Of a DNA stretch of 40,826 nt, positions 1 through 7,566 are shown piece by piece. The notes below the pieces were generated by a model. The model ran no database searches. It worked only from the letters and a program-made list of their open reading frames with translations, and was not told where the DNA came from. The position numbers were made by a program, and so were the translations under genes. Numbering within the stretch: position 1 is the first letter of the stretch; the number at the start of each line of letters is the position of its first letter. The DNA comes from Proteobacteria bacterium UBA664 (lineage in GTDB: Bacteria; Pseudomonadota; Gammaproteobacteria; UBA7966). Where the stretch lies: NCBI GenBank assembly GCA_002299125.1, contig DBNU01000178.1, positions 735 through 41,560 on the forward strand. Reading direction: 5' to 3'.

Positions 1-710
1 AGGCGCGTCTGCGCATGGGCGAACATCTGGCCGAGCGCATTCGCCGCGACTGGCCCGATCACGATATCGATGTGGTCGTACCGATCCCGGATACCTCGCG
101 AACGGCAGCACTGGAACTCGCCAATGCCCTCAAGCTCACCTATCGCGAGGGCTTCATCAAGAACCGCTACATCCCGCGTACCTTCATCATGCCCGGCCAG
201 CAGCTCAGGCAGCGCTCCGTGCGCCAGAAGCTGAACGCCATCCCGCTGGAGTTCGGCGGCCGGAACGTGCTGCTGGTGGATGATTCCATCGTCCGTGGCA
301 CGACCTCCCGGCAGATCGTGCAGATGGCGCGCGAGGCCGGTGCGCGGCGTGTTTACTTCGCCTCGGCGGCACCGCCGGTCCGCTACCCGAACGTCTATGG
401 CATCGATATGCCGACCACCGAGGAGCTGGTGGCCAATGGCCGCACGGAGGCCGAGGTCGGCGCCTGCATCGGTGCTGATCGCATCATCTACCAGGCGCTG
501 CCCGATCTCGTGGCGGCCTGCCGCCGCGGCAATCCCGCGATCGAGGATTTCGATACCTCCTGCTTCACCGGCGAGTACGTGACTGCCGATGTCACGCCGG
601 ATTACCTTTCGGCCCTGCGTGAACGACGCGGCGAGTTCGCGAGGGAGCGCGGCAACGGTGCCCGCAACACCCTCACCGACCTCAGCGCCAACACCGATCC
701 CTACGCCTGA
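1..710 (+). CDS. purF: Amidophosphoribosyltransferase (PurF), C-terminal part; the 5' end lies upstream of the window
   Basis: The reading frame is open from the window edge. It carries the PRTase signature VLLVDDSIVRGTTSRQIV and PurF-type C-terminal motifs (YPNVYGIDMP, CFTGEY). Stop codon at 708-710. Confidence 0.9.
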   Translation, partial: ARLRMGEHLAERIRRDWPDHDIDVVVPIPDTSRTAALELANALKLTYREGFIKNRYIPRTFIMPGQQLRQRSVRQKLNAIPLEFGGRNVLLVDDSIVRGTTSRQIVQMAREAGARRVYFASAAPPVRYPNVYGIDMPTTEELVANGRTEAEVGACIGADRIIYQALPDLVAACRRGNPAIEDFDTSCFTGEYVTADVTPDYLSALRERRGEFARERGNGARNTLTDLSANTDPYA

Positions 711-743
711 TGGCCCTTGGGCAGCGGCCGAGGCCCAACAAGC

Positions 744-1679
744 TCAGCTCCTTTCGCTGAGGAGACCGAGGGCGATGGCCGTGGCTGCGGTGCGGGTTTC
801 CACTCCGAGCTTGATGAAGATGTGCTCCAGATGCTTCTCGATGGTCCGCGGAGATAACCCGAGGATCTCGGCGACGTCACGGTTGGTCTTGCCACGGGCC
901 ACCCACACGAGGACCTCGGTCTCTCTGACGGTGAGACCGAAGGCCTCCTCGAGGCGGCCACGCGCCTCCGTTGGCTGGGACTCCAGGACAAGCAGCCATT
1001 CGTTCTCGAATGCCCGGCCCGCATGGTGCACATGCAGCGTGCCTGCTGGCGTCTCGACGCGCAGGCAAGGCAGCCCGCAGTGCGCATCCGCGATGTGCTC
1101 GCCGTCCCGGATCATCCATTGCACGATGCCCGTGGGAAGGTGTCGTTCAGAGCCGAGCGGAGGCCCAAGCCAGTGGTCGATGAGCGCGAGGGCCCGGCCC
1201 GTGGCCCAGGTGATGGTGCCGTCGCTCCGGCACATCACGGCACGACTCCCCAGTGCGCGCATCGATGCCTCGGCACGACGGGAGAGTCGGGATTTGGCGA
1301 TGTGGGCCGAGAGCCGGGCCAGCAGTTCACGCTCGTTGATGGGCTTGACGATGTAATCGACTGCCCCTTCACCAAAGGCGCGTTCGATGTCCACGGCCGC
1401 AGCCAGGGCAGTGATGAACAGGATCGGCACATCGGCCGTCCTGATGGAAGTCTGCAGTCGATGGCAGACCTCGAATCCGTCGAGGCCCGGCATGAGGACA
1501 TCGAGCAGGATGGCATCCGGCCTCAGGGTCTCGACCAGCGCAAGCGCACTGCTGCCGTCACGGGCGTCGAGTACGGCATAGCCGGCATCGGAGAGCAAAT
1601 CTCGCAGGAGATCGACGCTGGCCGCGGCGTCATCCACAACCAGCACCGTTCCCTTTGCTGGGGGCGAGACGTGACTCAT
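744..1679 (-). CDS. Response regulator: receiver domain, a roughly 110-aa PAS-like middle region, and a LuxR/FixJ-type HTH
   Basis: N-terminal REC motifs (VLVVDD, DAILLDVLMPGLDG, KP). C-terminal LuxR HTH (LTVRETEVLVWVARGKTNRDVAEILGLSPRTIEKHLEHIFIKLGV). The start overlaps the stop of the upstream kinase by 4 nt (1676-1679). Confidence 0.85.
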   Translation of the reverse strand: MSHVSPPAKGTVLVVDDAAASVDLLRDLLSDAGYAVLDARDGSSALALVETLRPDAILLDVLMPGLDGFEVCHRLQTSIRTADVPILFITALAAAVDIERAFGEGAVDYIVKPINERELLARLSAHIAKSRLSRRAEASMRALGSRAVMCRSDGTITWATGRALALIDHWLGPPLGSERHLPTGIVQWMIRDGEHIADAHCGLPCLRVETPAGTLHVHHAGRAFENEWLLVLESQPTEARGRLEEAFGLTVRETEVLVWVARGKTNRDVAEILGLSPRTIEKHLEHIFIKLGVETRTAATAIALGLLSERS

Positions 1680-4600
1680 GTGGTCGTGCGGGTTTGAACC
1701 ACTGTGGCAGCTCCCGCAGAGGAGGCCGGTCGCAACATGGACTCGCTGCCACGATAGCTCCAGTCGAGATCGAGCAACCTTCCGACCACCTGCAGCAGCA
1801 GCAACTCGTCTACCGGCTTGCGCACGTAACTTCTATAGTGCTCCCCGCTCGATCCCAGGTCCGGGGGCGGGCTGGCGGTGACCAGGATCACGGGGATGGT
1901 GAGGCCGCTGGCGTCGAGCGCCTCCAGGGTGGACAGACCGTCCCGGCCAGGCATGGTGAGATCGAGCAGTATCAGATCGGGACGCTGACGGGCTACGGAG
2001 GCGAGGCAATTGTCGCCGTCACCGGCCTCCTCGACCAGAAAGCCGACTCCCTCGAGCAGACTCTTGAGGATCTGGCGCTGCGGTGCCTCGTCGTCGACGA
2101 CAAGTAAGCGACGGCGCAGTCCCAGGTACTCATCCGGGAGCCGGGCGAGATATCCGGGGGGGCGCCCACCGAATCCCCGCACCTCAGGCAGGAACAGTCG
2201 GAACTGAAAGACCGAGCCGCCATCCGGGTTGCTGCGTATTTCCAGTGCGCCGCCCATCAGTTGCACGAGCATCCGGCTGATGGTCAGGCCGAGCCCGACG
2301 CCGTTGCCGCCATCCGCCGGGGTGTTTCGTCCGCGCTGGAAGGCATCGAAGATGCGCTCCGCATCCTCAATGGGAATGCCTGGACCGGAGTCGATGACCT
2401 GGAACAGCGTGAGCTCCCGGGCACAATCGAGCCGCAGGATCACGGCACCGATCGCGGTGAACTTGACCGCATTGGATATGAGATTGATCAGCACCTGCCG
2501 CAATCTCAACTCATCCACCCGTACCCGCCCCGGCATGCGTCCGTGCACGATCAATGACAGCTGGATGCCGCGACTGTCGGCATCCGGCTGGAACATCTGC
2601 ACCACCTGATTGCAGAGCTGGAGCAGGTCGACCTCCTCCGGGTGCAACTGGAACTTGCCGGCCTCGATGCGCGCAAGATCGAGGATGTCGTCGAAGAGAC
2701 TCACGACGTGCTCACCGGACTGAAGGATCACCGCCAGCTCGCGTCGGCGCTCCTCCGGCAATTCCTGGTCCCGCAGCCCACGGCGGGCGTAGCCGATGAT
2801 GCTGTTGAGAGGATTGCGGACCTCATGGCTCATGTCGGAGAGGAAGCGGCTCTTCGCTTGCGAGGCCGTCTCGGCCATCTTCTTGGCTACCTGAAGGGCG
2901 GCATCCGCCTTGCGCCGCTCCTCGATCTCGTTCAGCAGCAGGGCTGTCTGTCGCCTTGATTCCTCCTGCGCAACGATCCGCGTCTCCCGGTTGAGCACAG
3001 CCCACCACCCCGAGATCGCGACGAAGAGCAACAACAGGAGCAACAGTTGCCTGAGGATCTCACTGGTAACGACTTGGGAATGACTGAGTTCGACCAGTGA
3101 AGGCTCGTAGGCAGCAAACAGGAGGCTGACGGCACCGCCGCAGAGCAGGAGCACCAGCAGATAATGCCGCAGCACCACCGGGCCGCGACGTGGCCGCTCC
3201 CACGGCGCAGGCTCATCCAGCTCCTGCTCCGGGCGAGAGCGGCAAGGACGTTTGCAGAGGTCCTCACAGCGCGCATCGAGCGTGCAGCAGAGAGAGCAGA
3301 TGGGCCCAGCATAGGCCGGGCACATCGCCATGTCCTCGCGCTCGAAGCGATTGTTGCAAATACAGCAGGCGAGACTGGCGGCGCTGGTCCCGGCCAGTGC
3401 ATCCGGGCGCGCCAGATAGTAGCGGCCGCCGGTCATCCAGGCGATCGACGGGACGAGGAGAACGGCGGCTGTCAGGGCGACCAGCGAGGCAAAGGCCTGA
3501 GGCCAGATCCCGAACCAGCCCGCGTGGGCGGCGATCCCGAGGAGCGAGCCTACCAAGGTGGCGAGGGTGCCGACCGGATTGATGTCATGCAGGTAGGCGC
3601 GACGGAACTCGATTGATGGCGGACTGAGGCCGAGCGGCTTGTTGATCACGAGATCGGAGACCAGGGCGCCGAACCAGGCGATCGCCACGCAGGAGAACAG
3701 GCTCAGCACCTCTTCGAGCGCCTTGAACACCCCCATATTCATGAGTAGCAGCGCGAGTGCCACATTGAAGGTGAGCCAAACGACGCGTCCCGGGTGGCTG
3801 TGCGTCAGTCTGGAGAAGAAGTTCGACCATGCCAGCGAGCCAGCGTAGGCATTGGTTACGTTGATCTTCACCTGCGAGAGCACCACGAAGACCAGGGTGG
3901 CGAGCAGCGCCAGGTCCGGGCTCGGGAACAGATAGCCGAAGGCCACGAGGTACATACGGGTCGGCTCCATGGCGGGGCCTGATCCGAACTCATGCTGAAT
4001 CACGACGAAGGCGAGGAAGGCGCCCGCAAGCTGCTTGAGCACGCCGGGTACCACCCAGCCAGGTCCCCCGGCGATGGTGGCGCTCCACCAGATGAATGAG
4101 CGGCCGGCACGTCGTTCGGGCATGAAGCGTAAAAAATCCACCTGCTCGCCAATCTGGGCGATGAGGGAGAAGCAGATCGTCATCGCCGCGCCAAAGGCCA
4201 GGGGATCGAAGGCGAGGCCACTCGGTCCCTCACCCTGGAAGCTCGCCCATTGAGTGAAGAGCTCAGGTCGCTCAGCCCAGATCGCCACAAAGGGCAGGAT
4301 TGCGAGCGGGAGCCAGACCGGGAAGGTCCAGAGCTGGAAGCGGCTGATGAAGGTGACGCCGTAGGCCACCATCGGAACGATGGCGATTGAAGAGACCAGG
4401 TAACCCCAGGCAACAGGCAGCCCGAAGTAGAGCTCGAGCATCAACGCCATGATCGCCGCCTCGATGGCGAAGAAGATGAAGGTGAACGAGGCGTAGATGA
4501 GCGAGGTGATGGTGGATCCGATGTAACCGAAGCCTGCCCCACGGGCGAGCAGATCGATATCCACGTTGAAGCGTGCCGCGTAGTAGCAGATCGGCAGGCC

Positions 4601-4867
4601 CGCAAGAAAGACAACCAGTGCGGTCACCAGGATGGCAGCGACGGCATTGGTGAAGCCGTAGCGCACGAAGACAGTGCCGCCGATGGCCTCGAGGGCCAGG
4701 AAGGAGACGGACCCAAGTGCGGTCCCCGCGACTTGCCACTCGCTCAGGGTACGGAAGGAGCGTGGCGCGAAGCGGAGCGCGTAGTCCTCGAGGGTCTCAG
4801 TCGCGACCCAACTGTTGTAGTCGCGCCGGATCCGGAAGATTCGCTGAGACGGGGCGTTCATCGCCAT
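1676..4867 (-). CDS. Hybrid sensor histidine kinase with an N-terminal CodB/NCS1-like permease domain, a Cys-rich module, 2 extra TM segments, HisKA, HATPase and a C-terminal receiver (about 1063 aa)
   Basis: The ORF runs 1676..5053. I place the start at the ATG at 4867 (MAMNAPSQ) because AGGAGA lies 6 nt upstream. The multi-TM N-terminus has permease-like motifs (IGEQVDFLRFMPERR; SQVKINVTNAYAGSLAWSNF). H-box SDMSHEVRNPLNS is at about 2822-2839. G-boxes DSGPGI and GVGLGLTIS are present. REC motifs are LLVVDDE and DLILLDLTMPGRDG. No HPt-like segment follows the REC domain. Confidence 0.85.
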   Translation of the reverse strand: MAMNAPSQRIFRIRRDYNSWVATETLEDYALRFAPRSFRTLSEWQVAGTALGSVSFLALEAIGGTVFVRYGFTNAVAAILVTALVVFLAGLPICYYAARFNVDIDLLARGAGFGYIGSTITSLIYASFTFIFFAIEAAIMALMLELYFGLPVAWGYLVSSIAIVPMVAYGVTFISRFQLWTFPVWLPLAILPFVAIWAERPELFTQWASFQGEGPSGLAFDPLAFGAAMTICFSLIAQIGEQVDFLRFMPERRAGRSFIWWSATIAGGPGWVVPGVLKQLAGAFLAFVVIQHEFGSGPAMEPTRMYLVAFGYLFPSPDLALLATLVFVVLSQVKINVTNAYAGSLAWSNFFSRLTHSHPGRVVWLTFNVALALLLMNMGVFKALEEVLSLFSCVAIAWFGALVSDLVINKPLGLSPPSIEFRRAYLHDINPVGTLATLVGSLLGIAAHAGWFGIWPQAFASLVALTAAVLLVPSIAWMTGGRYYLARPDALAGTSAASLACCICNNRFEREDMAMCPAYAGPICSLCCTLDARCEDLCKRPCRSRPEQELDEPAPWERPRRGPVVLRHYLLVLLLCGGAVSLLFAAYEPSLVELSHSQVVTSEILRQLLLLLLLFVAISGWWAVLNRETRIVAQEESRRQTALLLNEIEERRKADAALQVAKKMAETASQAKSRFLSDMSHEVRNPLNSIIGYARRGLRDQELPEERRRELAVILQSGEHVVSLFDDILDLARIEAGKFQLHPEEVDLLQLCNQVVQMFQPDADSRGIQLSLIVHGRMPGRVRVDELRLRQVLINLISNAVKFTAIGAVILRLDCARELTLFQVIDSGPGIPIEDAERIFDAFQRGRNTPADGGNGVGLGLTISRMLVQLMGGALEIRSNPDGGSVFQFRLFLPEVRGFGGRPPGYLARLPDEYLGLRRRLLVVDDEAPQRQILKSLLEGVGFLVEEAGDGDNCLASVARQRPDLILLDLTMPGRDGLSTLEALDASGLTIPVILVTASPPPDLGSSGEHYRSYVRKPVDELLLLQVVGRLLDLDWSYRGSESMLRPASSAGAATVVQTRTTT

Positions 4868-5048
4868 GCGAGATCTCCTGGGTCGGCCGACGGACACCGG
4901 CAGGCATGCTTGGGCCGCTGCGCCGCTGGCAGACCGGAGCAAGCGGGTTGCCAACCCGGGCATGCGCGGATGGTGCCATCGTGCTCCGCCGAGGCAGCGC
5001 GGTTCAGACAGCTTCACTGCACAGCCATGGGGCGAAGACTCCCTGCTA

Positions 5049-5065
5049 TGCACCAGTCCGGTGCC
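5049..5065. promoter_or_regulatory. NtrC-like dyad TGCACCAGTCCGGTGCC
   Basis: Matches the enterobacterial NtrC consensus TGCACCA-N3-TGGTGCA at 12 of 14 specified positions with the correct 17-bp geometry. It sits 21 nt upstream of the sigma54-like -24 GG at 5086-5087. Confidence 0.35.
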
Positions 5066-5084
5066 TACAGCCGAAGGGATGCGT

Positions 5085-5100
5085 AGGCCTGCGTATTGCC
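5085..5100 (+). promoter_or_regulatory. Candidate sigma54 (-24/-12) promoter for urtA1
   Basis: Sequence is AGGCCTGCGTATTGCC. GG at 5086-5087 and GC at 5098-5099 are exactly 12 nt apart, and the -12 element reads TTGC. It lies about 90 nt upstream of the urtA1 start. Confidence 0.4.
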
Positions 5101-5132
5101 GCAGCGCACCAGAAGGCCCGAGTCTGAGGCCG

Positions 5133-5160
5133 TATCAGGACGCCCCGCGGGGCGCTGATA
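5133..5160 (+). promoter_or_regulatory. 28-nt near-perfect palindrome/hairpin in the urtA1 leader
   Basis: Sequence is TATCAG-GA-CGCCCCGCGGGGCG-CTGATA. The outer 6-bp arms and the 14-bp GC core are self-complementary. It ends 27 nt before the ATG at 5187. Confidence 0.5.
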
Positions 5161-5186
5161 TCGGCCCGCAGGAAGAGACATGGGAG

Positions 5187-6419
5187 ATGAACATGACACG
5201 CAACAACCGACCCCGGGGCCTGTACACGGCCCTCGGCACAGCGCTCCTTACATTGGCCGCCGCGCATGCAGCGGATCATCCGACCGCTGCAGTGAACACC
5301 ACTGGACTTGCAGTCACTGACACCACCGTAGTGGTCGGTCAGCTGCACTCGGCAACCGGGACGATGGCGATCAGCGAGACCGGATCCATTCAGGCCGAGC
5401 AACTCGCCATCGCTCAGATCAATGCGATGGGCGGCGTCCTTGGGCGCAAGATCGAGGTCATCCAGGAGGATGGGGGAAGCGACTGGCCGACCTTTGCCGA
5501 AAAGGCGCGCAAGCTGCTCGTGAACGACAAGGTAGCAGCGGTCTTCGGCTGCTGGACCTCAGCCTCGCGGAAGGCAGTGCTGCCGGTCTTCGAGCGGGAG
5601 AACTCGATGCTCTATTACCCGACCTTCTATGAGGGGCTGGAGCAATCGAAGAACGTCATCTACACGGGGCAGGAAGCCACCCAGCAGATCCTCGCTGGCC
5701 TGGACTGGATCGCCAAGGAGAAGGGTGCGAAGACCTTCTTCCTCGTCGGGTCAGACTACATCTGGCCGCGCACGTCCAACAAGATCGCGCGCAAGCACAT
5801 CGAGAACGTGCTCAAGGGGACCGTGGTGGGCGAGGAGTACTACCCACTCGGGCACACCAACTTCGGTTCGCTCATCAACAAGATCAAGCTGAAAAAGCCC
5901 GACGTCATCTACTCCATCGTCGTAGGCGGATCGAACGTGGCCTGGTGGAAGCAGCTCAAGGCCGCTGGTGTCACACCGGACAAGCAGACGATCCTGACCA
6001 TCTCCGTTACCGAGGACGAGGTACTCGGCATCGGTGGCGAGAATGTCGAGGGACACTACTCCGCGATGAAGTACTTCCAGAGCCTGGACAACGACAACAA
6101 CAAGGCCTTCGTCAAGGCATTCAAGGAGAAGTATGGCGCGGACTCGGTGATCGGAGATGTCACCCAGGCAGCCTACCTCGGTCCCTGGCTGTGGAAGGCC
6201 GCGGTCGAAAGGGCCGGGAGCTTCGACGTCGACAAAGTTGCCGCGGCATCTCCTGGCATCGAACTGACAACCGCGCCGGAAGGCTACGTCAAGATCCACG
6301 AGAACCATCACCTGTGGAGCCGCCTGCGCATCGGCCAATGGCAGCGAGACGGGCAGGCGAAGGTTCTGCACGAAAGCGAACTCCTCGAACCCAATCCCTT
6401 CCCGGAGGGTTACCAGTAG
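5187..6419 (+). CDS. urtA: Urea/short-chain-amide ABC transporter substrate-binding protein (UrtA/FmdD-like), copy 1
   Basis: Signal peptide MNMTRNNRPRGLYTALGTALLTLAAAHA. UrtA-type motifs are shared with copy 2 (HSATGTMAISE, VFGCWTSASRKAVLPVFE). GGGAG lies just upstream, so an alternative start is the ATG at 5193. The in-frame ORF upstream of 5187 overlaps the kinase gene region and is not credible coding sequence. Confidence 0.85.
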   Translation: MNMTRNNRPRGLYTALGTALLTLAAAHAADHPTAAVNTTGLAVTDTTVVVGQLHSATGTMAISETGSIQAEQLAIAQINAMGGVLGRKIEVIQEDGGSDWPTFAEKARKLLVNDKVAAVFGCWTSASRKAVLPVFERENSMLYYPTFYEGLEQSKNVIYTGQEATQQILAGLDWIAKEKGAKTFFLVGSDYIWPRTSNKIARKHIENVLKGTVVGEEYYPLGHTNFGSLINKIKLKKPDVIYSIVVGGSNVAWWKQLKAAGVTPDKQTILTISVTEDEVLGIGGENVEGHYSAMKYFQSLDNDNNKAFVKAFKEKYGADSVIGDVTQAAYLGPWLWKAAVERAGSFDVDKVAAASPGIELTTAPEGYVKIHENHHLWSRLRIGQWQRDGQAKVLHESELLEPNPFPEGYQ

Positions 6420-6634
6420 CGATACCCGCCAGCGACCACCCATGCCTGAGTCCGCGAACGGACAAGTGGTACATGGCGCAGGGCGTGGCAGGGAGTCGGT
6501 GCAGCGAGTGGCATTGCCGCCCGCCCGTGAAGCAGGAGTTCGCGCGGGGCTCTGTGGGGGGCGGCAACGCCGAGGAACATCGACGTGATCAAGGCAGTTG
6601 TTCGTTCAAGAACCTGACAAGAGGAGAAGCGAGA

Positions 6635-7558
6635 ATGGAAGGACTCACACTGGAGGAATTCGGGGCGATCCTCGTGATGCAGGGCTTCAATGGTCTGTCC
6701 TACTTCTGCGTTCTCCTGCTCATGGCGCTCGGGCTTGCGATCATCTTCGGGCAGATGGGGGTCATCAACATGGCGCACGGAGAATTTCTCACAATCGGTG
6801 CCTATGCAACGTTCCTGCTCTCCTGGCTGTCGGAACACTATGCCCCATGGTTCATGCCCTACTACTTCCTGCTCGCGGTCCTTCTTGGATTCGCGGCTGC
6901 CTTCGCCGTTGGACACCTGACGGAACTCGCCCTGATACGACACCTGTACCGCCGACCTCTCGACTCCCTGCTCGCGACCTGGGGTCTCGCTCTCATCATG
7001 CAGCAGGGATTTCGTTCACTGTTCGGCGCGCGTGAGGTCAGTGCCACCTTGCCGGACTGGCTGCTCGGCTCGTGGCAGCCGGTGAGCGGAATTGATATCC
7101 CCCTGAATGGCCTCTTCGTCATGGCACTGACCATGCTGCTGACAGCAGGCGTTCTGATTCTGACCTACCGGTCCAGGTGGGGTCTGCAGATGCGCGCAAC
7201 CACGCAGAACCGGGTGATGGCCGGTGCCGTGGGCATCGATACACAGCAGGTAGATCGCTTCACCTTCGCGCTTGGTTGCGGAATAGCGGGGGTTGCCGGT
7301 GCAGCCTTCACGACCATCGGCTCGACCGGGCCGACCAGTGGGTCCCTGTACATCGTCGACACCTTCCTGGTCGTGGTCTTCGGTGGCGCCCAGAGCATGC
7401 TGGGGACGGTGGCCTCCGCATTCTCCATCGCACAAGCGTCATCGATTCTTGAATTCTTCATGACGGGATCCATGGCAAAAGTGAGCGTTCTTCTGACCAT
7501 CATCGTCATTCTGATGATGCGTCCGGAGGGGCTTTTCCGAGCGAATGTACGCAGATAG
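6635..7558 (+). CDS. urtB: Urea/amide ABC transporter permease (UrtB-like, short form, about 307 aa), copy 1
   Basis: Branched-chain-amino-acid-type permease motifs (GLAIIFGQMGVINMAHGEF, TQNRVMAGAVGI). GAGGAG lies 8 nt upstream of the ATG at 6635. The ORF portion 5945-6634 is an upstream read-through. Confidence 0.85.
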   Translation: MEGLTLEEFGAILVMQGFNGLSYFCVLLLMALGLAIIFGQMGVINMAHGEFLTIGAYATFLLSWLSEHYAPWFMPYYFLLAVLLGFAAAFAVGHLTELALIRHLYRRPLDSLLATWGLALIMQQGFRSLFGAREVSATLPDWLLGSWQPVSGIDIPLNGLFVMALTMLLTAGVLILTYRSRWGLQMRATTQNRVMAGAVGIDTQQVDRFTFALGCGIAGVAGAAFTTIGSTGPTSGSLYIVDTFLVVVFGGAQSMLGTVASAFSIAQASSILEFFMTGSMAKVSVLLTIIVILMMRPEGLFRANVRR

Positions 7559-7566
7559 GCGCGTAC

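Noticed and set aside
4866-5186. N-terminal extensions of the urtA1 ORF (from 4866), the urtB1 ORF (from 5945), the urtB2 ORF (from 15059) and the ureA ORF (from 19840).
   Set aside because: These are in-frame upstream read-through across intergenic DNA or neighbouring genes. The real starts are marked by signal peptides or conserved N-termini with Shine-Dalgarno motifs at 5187, 6635, about 15443 and 20746.
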